In this document: positions 1 to 8,723 of the stretch, in pieces
Layout of the letters: each line of letters opens with the position of its first letter
How positions within the stretch are numbered: position 1 is the first letter of the stretch
Assembly (NCBI GenBank): GCA_900128395.1
Contig: LT649242.1
Span: forward strand, 55,059-75,058
From: Stramenopiles sp. TOSAG23-2
Lineage: Eukaryota
DNA length: 20,000 nt
Direction: 5' to 3'
The notes under the pieces: generated by a model
The model's input: only the letters and a program-made list of their open reading frames with translations
Database searches by the model: none
What the model was told of the DNA's origin: nothing
Translations under genes and position numbers: made by a program

Positions 1-1
1 G

Positions 2-2086
2 ACATGGCAAATGTGTTACACTTCGCTATCCGAGGTAAAAGAGTTAACACCTGAATTTTACTCATTGCCAAATTTTTTAAGAAATGAATCAGGGTGTCCA
101 TTAGGAACCATGCAAGATGGAAATACTGTGAACGATGTACATTTGCCACCCTGGGCAAATGGCTCTCCAGAAACATTTATCGATGTTATGAGACATGCTC
201 TAGAAAGTGAATATGTATCTGCCCATTTACATCAATGGGTAGATTTGATTTTCGGTTTCAAGCAACGAGGAGAAGCTGCTGTTGAAGCAAATAATATATT
301 TTATTATTTAACATATGAAGGTACGGTGAATTTAGATGAAATTGATGATCCAACTTTGCGAAATGCAATGCAATTACAAATTGAGCATTTTGGTCAATGT
401 CCAACACAACTTTTGACCTCGCCACATCCACCTCGTGGTCGCACGATACGTGTGCCACGGCCATTGTACCTAACATTTTTGGGCAAACATGGATATCTAA
501 AAGGACCAAATAATTGTGTTGGCATCGCTGATCTTGCATATATCAATTCACTTGCACCTGGTGTTGGTTCCTTGGTACGATTAGGTTTTGATCCTTTACG
601 CGCCATTGAAGCTTTGGAAAAAACAGATAATTTAAAGTTATGTGCAAATCAACTAGCATTAGGAGGAAAAGCTAGTAAGAACAGTAAATTTTCCGATACG
701 AGTGGTACTGTATATCATAAAACTGAAGAAGGTAAAGCTGTTGTGAGTGTACGTTGCCTTTTTGATTCAATTGAATGTGTTGATGAGAATGGAAAATTAT
801 ATTCGTTTCCATTGGAACGTTTAGATTCAAGAGTTTCATTATCCTCTACGGACAATAATGGAACCAATGCTGCAAAAAATGAGTCTCCAAAGGTAAAGAA
901 AACGAAGTTGTTTGGAACTGATTTTATTCCAATTCGTGTACATCCCTCTGCAAATCCACTGTCGAATAGATACTACTGTACTGTTGTACCTTCTTTGTCT
1001 GATGGTGTTGGAACATTGATGGCGGCGCCGTTAAAAAAATATGAAATGTTATCGCGTGTTACTGCTTGGAGTTCTGGTGGCTTCATCTTAGGCACTGGTG
1101 GTGCATGTCATGGTAGTGTGGAATTTTGGGTAATCGAGCGAACAGACGAAGGTGCGCCATATATTTCAGGATCATTAAGTATCAATGGGCATGAAACCAC
1201 CGTGACACTTGTAACCATATCAAGGGAGATTGTGTTAACTGGTAGTCAAGATGGTGTTGCTATGCTATGGCATTTAAGTAAAGATGCGAATGACAATGCT
1301 ACTTTGTCCAATCGTCCATATCAAATTTTGCGGGGTCATACAAGTGCTTTGACAAGCGGTAGCATCAATAAAACGTGCCAAACTGCTGTCACCGTCTCTG
1401 GTGAACGTTTAGTATTGATTCATAGAATTGAAGAGGCGCCACCTAATGGACAACATGAATTGCTTGGCGATTTACCACTGGTTGAGATCAAATGTGATGA
1501 AATGTCCTTATTGCCGTCAATAACTTCAGCTTCGTGTGTACATACTTGTATCGTGACAGCTGCTGGTGTAATTGTATGTGTTGTGAATAAAACGACATTA
1601 ATTACATATGATATAAATGGTTTGGAAATTATTCGAAAAGATGCAAAAGATGATCATGGTAATTGTGAACAAATCATGGCCATTGAACGGACATCACGCG
1701 GAAATGTTGTTGTTACTGGTGGAGGAAATACTATTTGTTTTTGGTCTGCGCGTACGTTGGGTTTATTGCATTCGTATAAAATAAATACTAGTAGCAACGG
1801 TATTTTATCATTATCTTTATCGTTAAGTGAGGAAATCATGTCAGTTGGTTGCGATGATGGTTTGATTGTCACTGTATGTTTACCAAATTTCCGAGATTTA
1901 AGTGATCCGCACGCTCCTTTACAAAAGCAAATTGCAAACAAATTAAAAGCAAGGCAAAAAGCAGCAAATACATTGGATACTATTATGGGTGCTGGAATAG
2001 ATAATGTGGCAGAGAAAGCAAAAAATGCTGTTAAGAGTGCATTTGGTAGTTTTTCTAATTTATTTGCATCACCAAATAAAAGTTAG
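2..2086 (+). CDS. BEACH domain + WD40 repeat protein (neurobeachin/LRBA/LYST-like), C-terminal part; 5' end lies outside the window
   Basis: The frame is open from base 2 (TWQMCYTSLSEVKELTPEFY). BEACH signatures: VKELTPEFY, DVHLPPWA, ALESEYVSAHLHQWVDLIFGFKQRG, IEHFGQCPTQL. WD40 motifs follow: GHETTVT..LTGSQDGVAMLW, LRGHTSALT, VTGGGNTICFW, VGCDDG. Confidence 0.95.
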   Translation, partial: TWQMCYTSLSEVKELTPEFYSLPNFLRNESGCPLGTMQDGNTVNDVHLPPWANGSPETFIDVMRHALESEYVSAHLHQWVDLIFGFKQRGEAAVEANNIFYYLTYEGTVNLDEIDDPTLRNAMQLQIEHFGQCPTQLLTSPHPPRGRTIRVPRPLYLTFLGKHGYLKGPNNCVGIADLAYINSLAPGVGSLVRLGFDPLRAIEALEKTDNLKLCANQLALGGKASKNSKFSDTSGTVYHKTEEGKAVVSVRCLFDSIECVDENGKLYSFPLERLDSRVSLSSTDNNGTNAAKNESPKVKKTKLFGTDFIPIRVHPSANPLSNRYYCTVVPSLSDGVGTLMAAPLKKYEMLSRVTAWSSGGFILGTGGACHGSVEFWVIERTDEGAPYISGSLSINGHETTVTLVTISREIVLTGSQDGVAMLWHLSKDANDNATLSNRPYQILRGHTSALTSGSINKTCQTAVTVSGERLVLIHRIEEAPPNGQHELLGDLPLVEIKCDEMSLLPSITSASCVHTCIVTAAGVIVCVVNKTTLITYDINGLEIIRKDAKDDHGNCEQIMAIERTSRGNVVVTGGGNTICFWSARTLGLLHSYKINTSSNGILSLSLSLSEEIMSVGCDDGLIVTVCLPNFRDLSDPHAPLQKQIANKLKARQKAANTLDTIMGAGIDNVAEKAKNAVKSAFGSFSNLFASPNKS

Positions 2087-2359
2087 TAGGATGAAGTGGA
2101 GAGAAAACAAGAGAAAGAGATTTTACATAATTACAATTGTTGTACGTGCGTATGTAATTTTATGTGTAGGTGACGCGTGTAAATTTATAAAATTAAAAAA
2201 AAACTGTGAAATTGTTTTTTGGAAATTTATAAGTACATTAATAAAACTCGATTCCCTTATATGTTAGATGGCCTTCGTTTTTCGTTCTTCCATGTAAATA
2301 GCATCATACTTATATAATCTAAATTCTGTACTTATAAAATTTTTAATTGGGAAGAATCG

Positions 2360-2436
2360 GCGGTCACAGCACAGTCTACAAACTGTGCGCCCTCGTCGAT
2401 AATCAGAAAACCTTAATGTGTCTGTGCTGTGTCCCC
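2360..2436. mobile_element. Short MITE-like inverted-repeat element (77 bp)
   Basis: Left end GCGGTCACAGCACAG (2360-2374) and right end CTGTGCTGTGTCCCC (2422-2436) are reverse complements at 13/15 positions. A related partial copy lies at 4724-4763. No TSD is visible. Confidence 0.4.
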
Positions 2437-2941
2437 TACCTCCAACTTTCGGGCTCTCACGCGTTTACGATAGTATTACGCTTACCAGCTAAACTCCTAA
2501 AACAGGTAAAATAAGTACAAAAATGTGCCGTAGCATTCACCACACCGGTTTGCCTATCATGTTGGACCGATTAAAAATATCCGCAACTGGTTCATTAGGA
2601 GGCACACAGTATGAAGAGTTTTTTCTATTCGGACCGATACATCTAAAAAAAGATTTGTATATACTATAACAATAGTATTACAAACAACAACCCGAATCGG
2701 TGAAAAAGAATCCGCCTTCGATACGATTATTCCGCCGTCCAAGTAATCCTTTTCCTAGAGTCAAGACACCCGCGGCCTATGTGCGCGTGCTACACGCCTG
2801 CTAGGGTTTCTAATTTTGTGAAAGATTTTTTAGTAGGGTGATAACATTGGACGAGCAAGGAGTCTAAGCACTATGGATATTCTTTCCAAAAAAAAAAAAT
2901 AAGATTCCGTCAATACTATTTCCCTTCTAATTAAAATTACC

Positions 2942-3033
2942 AAGAAATATTGAATAGCAGTGCAATATTTTTTTGTTAAATATAATAATAAAATAAAAAA
3001 GAAATATTGAATAGTCGCATAGTGCAATATTTT
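2942..3033. promoter_or_regulatory. Two direct copies of a dyad-symmetric motif upstream of the Cys-rich peptide gene
   Basis: AAGAAATATTGAATAG-(n1 or n6)-AGTGCAATATTTT at 2942-2971 and 2999-3033. Each copy contains the inverted pair AAATATTG/CAATATTT. Confidence 0.35.
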
Positions 3034-3169
3034 AAATAATAAAATGAAACACGAATATATATAATATAGAAAGTACAGTGTTTAATAAAAAGCAAAAGAA
3101 TTTCGAACCAATCTTATCGCAAATCATAACAAGAAAAAAGCACAAACAATAAACAAATACAAACAAACA

Positions 3170-3640
3170 ATGAGAATCCACTTCCTCCTTTTGGCATTGG
3201 TTGCTGTTGTTGTATTGTCCCAACATAATGTTGACGCCCGCCTTACCGATCCAGCTATCCGCAGAATGACCGAACACCGCCTCCTCGACGAACTACTTCA
3301 GAGAAGGATGGAAGAGTTGGAAGAAATGGAAGGTGAACAAGGCAGTTTTCAAGATGAATTTGTTGAATCGCGGAGACTTCGTGAAGGTAGGATTTGCAAT
3401 AGGAAACTACCATGTTATACAGATGGTTTTACGGCATGGAAATTCATTTGTATTAATGGGAGATGCAAAAAGACTTGCGATGCGCAATGCCTGCGGAGTT
3501 GCAGAGGAAAATGCAATTGGGCCAAATGCACAAATAAAAAAAAAATATGCACAAGAAAAGATATAAGGGGAAAATGCACGGGGTGGAAAGAAGTTTGTGA
3601 TGACAAATTTAATGAGTGTATGAGGGGCTGTATAGCTTAA
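3170..3640 (+). CDS. Secreted prepro cysteine-rich cationic peptide (defensin/toxin-like organisation), 156 aa
   Basis: Hydrophobic signal peptide MRIHFLLLALVAVVVLSQHNVDA, then an acidic pro region, an RRLR site (3371-3382), and an 85-aa C-terminal domain with 14 Cys. The start context is A-rich (aaacaATG). Confidence 0.85.
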   Translation: MRIHFLLLALVAVVVLSQHNVDARLTDPAIRRMTEHRLLDELLQRRMEELEEMEGEQGSFQDEFVESRRLREGRICNRKLPCYTDGFTAWKFICINGRCKKTCDAQCLRSCRGKCNWAKCTNKKKICTRKDIRGKCTGWKEVCDDKFNECMRGCIA

Positions 3641-4723
3641 GCTTAATGGAAGCGTTGGTTTAAATAATTCACATTTCATATATAAAGTTGCTGCAGCAGC
3701 AACTACATTCACATTTCAGTTTACATAAAATTTTCGCAACACAGATGAGTGCCCTGGTAACATTTACTTCGTACGAGTCAAGATGCCAAGAATTAGTAGT
3801 AATATGATAAAGGAGGCGGAGAAGTGTCAAAGAAAATCTTAATTTTTAAAAATATTTTATAAGAACAATAAGTATTGTAAGAAGATATAAATAAATGTGC
3901 ATATTTTAATTTGTACCTCATTTAAATTATGGTAAAAAATTTCGCGATATGGGGCCGGTGTTTCTGTATCCACCTCCGTCAGCTCCACCTCGTTCGGGTC
4001 GGCTGGTTTATCGGGCACGTCCATGACAAATGATAATGGTTGGTGAGTTTCTACAAAGGTTGGATGATTTTTTCACTCGGTTGGAAAAATATCACGGCAC
4101 GTCTAGCGATTGGGTTGGTGTGTGTTGCGGAAGAATATATTGTAGTACATCATTCATTAATAATAATTAATATTTTATAAAAATAATAATAAATATTATG
4201 AAGTGCTAGGTATCTTTTGTATTGTTCCACATTTAGAATGGGATTACCATTGAGCGTATTTGTGTTTGAGGGTAGCATGATGGGATAGGAGATGAAAATG
4301 GTTGATTTAACTATAAATGTTATTATTCTATCGAAATATTCTTATCGAATTCGGACAACTTAAATAGGAGGTAAAATGTTCCAATATAAGTACCAAAAAC
4401 ATTATTCTTGCAGAATATTCGTAGCGAATACTGTACCTTATTTTCTAGAATAAAATTCCAAAAATGATTTTTTTATCATTTTCTCAAAAGTATACGAAAT
4501 AATTCTATTTTAGTACAATTATTCAACATTTGATAGGCTCCCTTCAAGTTTTTAGGAGTTTAAGGAGTTTGTAGGAAAAAAGCACGAAAGGACGGTGAAA
4601 ATAAAATATGTCATAGCATACAAATAGGCTTACGATGTTGACTTTATTTTTGGTATTTATTATTACCACGGGAGCCGTCACTCTCTACGAAGGAAATACC
4701 ATTGGGAGTGGGACTGCTAGGGT

Positions 4724-4763
4724 GGGGACACAGCACAGCAGACTAAATTGGGCACACTCGTCG
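4724..4763 (+). mobile_element. Partial second copy of the 2360-2436 element
   Basis: GGGGACACAGCACAG (4724-4738) is the exact reverse complement of 2422-2436. It is followed by AAATTGGGCACACTCGTCG, which resembles AAACTGTGCGCCCTCGTCG at 2380-2398. Confidence 0.4.
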
Positions 4764-4802
4764 TACAAATTCATAATAAAAATGTTTTAGATATATATTA
4801 GA

Positions 4803-4950
4803 TAGATAGACAGATAGAAACTTACTGAATCGACATACATGTATTTATATCTAGAAAGTATCACTTACAACATCCATAGATAGACAGATAGAAACTTACT
4901 GAATCGACATACATGTATTTATATCTAGAAAGTATCACTTACAACATCCA
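4803..4950. repeat. Perfect tandem duplication, 2 x 74 bp
   Basis: tagatagacagatagaaac...acaacatcca at 4803-4876 and 4877-4950. Confidence 0.95.
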
Positions 4951-4978
4951 AACAGAGTCTTCTGAATGGTTTTAATGT

Positions 4979-5068
4979 CGAGATGAGTCTAAAAGAGACT
5001 TTCAGTATTAAGAATGTGAAAAACGAGATGAGTCTAAAAGAGACTTTCAGTATTAAGAATGTGAAAAA
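4979..5068. repeat. Perfect tandem duplication, 2 x 45 bp, in frame and including the start codon
   Basis: cgagatgagtctaaaagagac...gtgaaaaa at 4979-5023 and 5024-5068; gives MSLKETFSIKNVK twice. Confidence 0.95.
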
Positions 5069-7219
5069 GAGATTGTCAACTATTTTGTCAGGACATGGCC
5101 TTTCGCATAATAATATAAAGGACAGCTCGCATGACAATATTGAAGAACGATTCATAAAAATGCTGGAAAGACATCAAAATCGAGCAACAGTCGGTCATTC
5201 GCCGTTGGGTACAGTTGCGAGAAAACATAGAAACAGTATCATTGTTTCTGATCTTGATTCAGATGGGACTCGTAGAGTCAGGACTAGTAAAATTGCACTA
5301 CGATATACGGATATAGAAAAATCGAATATGTTATGGTTTGATACGTTGCAGGTTTCAACAACATTGCTTGGATTTATTTATTTTCTCTCATCGATTGTAC
5401 TTACGCATGTAGAAGAAGCTTATAGAGCAGGTGGAAATGCCAGCAATTTATTGCATGTTGTAATTACTACATTTTATGTGATACTATCATTTTTAATAGT
5501 GATGGCAACGATTTCGATCATTTTTACTTTTCGTTATGCAAAATATTCAAATACAATTTTTAAATTATTGATGAGTTTAGGCAGAACTTGGAGAATTATG
5601 TTTTTATTATCACTACGCCTTCTTTTTGGTTTTTTAGCCTGTATATATGGAGCACCTTTTTCTTCGATGCTAGATGGTATAGCAATATTTGTATTGGGTT
5701 TGGCATTAATATTTCAAGATATTTTGACCATACGTTACAGTCATCCAATTTTAAGAATTTGGGTTCTTTCATTTACATGTGTAATGGAGCACCTTTTTCT
5801 TCGATGCTAGATGGTATAGCAATATTTGTATTGGGTTTGGCATTAATATTTCAAGATATTTTGACCATACGTTACAGTCATCCAATTTTAAGAATTTGGG
5901 TTCTTTCATTTACATGTGTAATGTTTTATACATGGATACGGTCCTTGATAAATAAGGAAGTAAATGACATATCCAATCCACTCATTTTTAATGTGCGATA
6001 CAATACATATATTCGTACAATTTATTCGAGTTTATTTGGAATAATGTTTGATGGTTTACTAATAATAATAAAAGATACAGATAGGAAACAATTTGTTAAG
6101 GAAGTAAATGACATATCCAATCCACTCATTTTTAATGTGCGATACAATACATATATTCGTACAATTTATTCGAGTTTATTTGGAATAATGTTTGATGGTT
6201 TACTAATAATAATAAAAGATACAGATAGGAAACAATTTGTTTGGATCATTAAAAGAAAATTTAGATCAGATTTAAAAGAGATGAATTTAGAAAGTGTGGA
6301 AAATTTTAGTAAATTTCGCAAACAATATAACACGAAACAGCTTGTTGTTATTTTAGTTTCGATATTGGCTCTTGTATTTTATATTTTAGGCGCTGATATA
6401 AGCAATATATATGGAATTGAACCTTCCACTAAGGCTACACTTCACGTTTTGTATTATGTATTTTTCATCATTACTTTTGGGTCTTTCCTGTCATTGTATA
6501 GTGATAATTTCAGTTTCGATTCAATGATATTACTATTGAAGGAACGGCATATGTTCATGTCATGTTTATACTGTTTATCACATTTAATTTTATATGTATA
6601 CTTATATTGGCCACATACTTTAGGTGGTTTTCCAAGTTGTACAAACAAAGATTGCACAATAGTTATACAAAATATAACTGGCAATAGCACTGTTAATACA
6701 ATTGTGAAAGAAATTGGTTATGGAACGTTTACAGATGCTGAAAAAGTTACTAATATAATTCAATCCTTAGTATTTCTTATCCAAGTATTACTTTTTCTAT
6801 CAATGGATTCATTGATTGTAAAATCACCATTTTTAGTTGGAATGGTTGCTGTACTTGGTGGAATAACTATGTTGCAATCTGCCATCGGCGCTGGTTTTCT
6901 TTGGAATACTTGTTATCTAATACCAGGTTTAACGGTTACTCAATGTAGTCTTGAACTAAGTATTTATACGTCCTTGTGTTTTTTATTTTCAGCGTCTATT
7001 TATACTGCAATTAGAGATCGTAAATTTAAGCGTTTTTTGTTTATACATGAAGCTGTTTATTGCCAAACAATGACAAATAGTCATAATAGACGAAACACTT
7101 CTATGTTAAATGCAACTAGTGTTCAAAATATGAAGCGCTTAAGTGCAATGGAGGAATGGATTGGTAATTTAGATGATATAGAATTCGAAGTACCTGTAGA
7201 AGAGGAAGTGATTATATGA
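4983..7219 (+). CDS. Polytopic membrane protein of unknown function; one gene frameshifted by a 137-bp tandem duplication (about 636 aa once all three internal duplications are collapsed)
   Basis: ORFs 4983-5810 and 5588-7219 share GAPFSSMLDG...LSFTCVM. Removing one 137-bp copy (137 mod 3 = 2, equal to the frame offset) fuses them. A soluble N-terminus is followed by many hydrophobic helices. Confidence 0.8.
5647..5920. repeat. Perfect tandem duplication, 2 x 137 bp, frameshifting
   Basis: atggagcacc...tacatgtgta at 5647-5783 and 5784-5920, with ATG microhomology at the junction. Confidence 0.95.
5953..6240. repeat. Perfect tandem duplication, 2 x 144 bp, in frame (48 aa)
   Basis: taaggaagtaaatgac...aacaatttgt at 5953-6096 and 6097-6240; KEVNDISN...DRKQFV occurs twice. 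Confidence 0.95.
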
Positions 7220-7255
7220 TATGTGTGTGATCAAAGTGGATATGTATATTATGCA

Positions 7256-7508
7256 TATATATATATATTTCCCACCATATTATTTATATGATGTGTGTGT
7301 GTGTATTAACATAATTCTTTTGGAGAGTAGGAATTATGCATATATATATATTAATATTTTACATGTGTGTGTGAGTAAAAAAGTATATATATATATATTT
7401 CCCACCATATTATTTATATGATGTGTGTGTGTGTATTAAAACATAATTCTTTTGGAGAGTAGGAATTATGCATATATATAATATTTTACATGTGTGTGTG
7501 AGTAAAAA
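7256..7508. repeat. Near-perfect tandem duplication, period about 130 bp
   Basis: cccaccatattatttatatg begins at 7271 and 7401. The copies differ by small indels in A and (TA)n runs. Confidence 0.9.
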
Positions 7509-7597
7509 TCAAAAAATAAATTTTTATGCGCATAAATTAAATTATACACGAACGTACGAGTACAAAAGTACGAACAAAAGAGTGTGCGTGTCAGTAT

Positions 7598-7914
7598 TTG
7601 ATACGAGTAAAATGATATATATATAATATTACGCGTAATATATACTCGTATCATTCTCAAATATTACACTCTTCAATCTCTCTCTCTCTCTCTCTCGTGT
7701 GTTAATCTTTTTTGCTCCATGTAAATTTTAAATTTTATTTTTTTTTTCAAAGTGTTGATACGAGTAAAATGATATATATATAATATTACGCGTAATATAT
7801 ACTCGTATCATTCTCAAATATTACACTCTTCAATCTCTCTCTCTCTCTCTCTCGTGTTAATCTTTTTTGCTCCATGTAAATTTTAAATTTTATTTTTTTT
7901 TTCAAAGTGTTGAT
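7598..7914. repeat. Near-perfect tandem duplication, period about 157 bp, covering the stop codon and 3' flank of the minus-strand HMG gene
   Basis: ttgatacgagtaaaatg begins at 7598 and 7755. Each copy has a (CT)n tract and ends in tcaaagtg(ttgat). The copies differ by a TG indel. Confidence 0.9.
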
Positions 7915-8420
7915 TTTTTAACTTTTTTTAACCATTTTATTTTTGCAATGTCATATTCTTTTTTCAATTGAAGTGATTTTGTTTGGTATTTTGCTCTTGT
8001 ACTATCATCCATATTTCTCCATTCCTCGCCTAAAATTTGTGCAACCTGTATTACGGAGAAATCTGGAGTATATTCTTTAATTTTTGGACGGCGCTCTTTG
8101 GCAAATAAAAAAAAGGAAGTTGGTGGTCGTTTTGGTCCACTTTCAGCAGCTTTCATTTTTAAATATTTTGCTCTCACCAGATCATATTTACCTTTTTCAA
8201 TAACAGCTAATTTCACATATTTGTCTTTATCCTGCTCTGATAAACTTCTCCATATCTCACCAAGTTTTCTTGCAACTTCGACCACACCACTTTTTGGATC
8301 TTCTTTCTTTATTTGATCTCGTACATGTTCACGCCTCTCTTTGCAAAATAAAAAAAATGCAGTAGGTGGACGTTTCGGTGCATTTTTATCTCGTTTCGTA
8401 CCTTTTTTTCGTTTCACCAT
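7902..8420 (-). CDS. Double HMG-box protein (HMGB/NHP6-like), 172 aa
   Basis: Two HMG boxes: NAPKRPPTAFFLFCKERR...VARKLGEIWRSLSEQDKDKY and GPKRPPTSFFLFAKERR...VAQILGEEWRNMDDSTRAKY. No acidic tail. Confidence 0.93.
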   Translation of the reverse strand: MVKRKKGTKRDKNAPKRPPTAFFLFCKERREHVRDQIKKEDPKSGVVEVARKLGEIWRSLSEQDKDKYVKLAVIEKGKYDLVRAKYLKMKAAESGPKRPPTSFFLFAKERRPKIKEYTPDFSVIQVAQILGEEWRNMDDSTRAKYQTKSLQLKKEYDIAKIKWLKKVKKSTL

Positions 8421-8637
8421 GTTATGTAACTAAAAATTTAAAAACAGAAGAACGACTAAGTGAATATACAACAACAACAACAACAAAAAGAAAAAGAAAA
8501 AAGAAGAGGAAAAGTTATCTATCTCTTCATGTTATGTAACTAAAAATTTAAAAACAGAAGAACGACTAAGTGAATATACAACCACAAGAAAAAGAAAAAG
8601 AAAAAGAAAAAAGAAGAGGAAAAGTTATCTATCTCTT
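8418..8637. repeat. Imperfect tandem duplication, 2 x 110 bp, including the HMG start codon and 5' flank
   Basis: catgttatgtaactaaaaat...tatctctt at 8418-8527 and 8528-8637. The copies differ in the (CAA)n/(GAAAAA)n tract. Confidence 0.9.
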
Positions 8638-8675
8638 ACAAATGTATATAAATATAATATAATATAATATATCAT

Positions 8676-8723
8676 ATCTCCATTCACAATCTCCATTCAC
8701 AATCTCCATTCACAATCTCCATT
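8676..8723. repeat. 13-bp minisatellite ATCTCCATTCACA x about 3.7
   Basis: Units start at 8676, 8689, 8702 and 8715 (partial). A (TGAT)n run follows at about 8746-8765. Confidence 0.9.

Noticed and set aside
2802..2809. TAGGGTTT as a telomeric repeat or telo-box
   Set aside because: It is a single copy and could easily occur by chance.
2440..2830. GC-richer intergenic stretch as a tRNA, snRNA or rRNA gene
   Set aside because: I could not recognise a cloverleaf, A/B boxes or a known snRNA/rRNA sequence; an Rfam search would be needed.
3371..3382. Canonical oomycete RxLR-dEER effector
   Set aside because: The acidic stretch precedes the motif, there is no dEER, and the cargo is disulfide-rich; a convertase cleavage site is the simpler reading.
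5588..5783. N-terminus of the 543-aa ORF as a real protein start
   Set aside because: It begins at TTG and is the out-of-frame reading of the upstream gene and the first 137-bp copy.
5760..5810. Programmed ribosomal frameshift or intron joining the two membrane ORFs
   Set aside because: The frame change is fully explained by the exact 137-bp duplication.
4803..6240. Repeats as a CRISPR array
   Set aside because: These are two-copy head-to-tail duplications with no unique spacers or cas genes, in a eukaryotic context.
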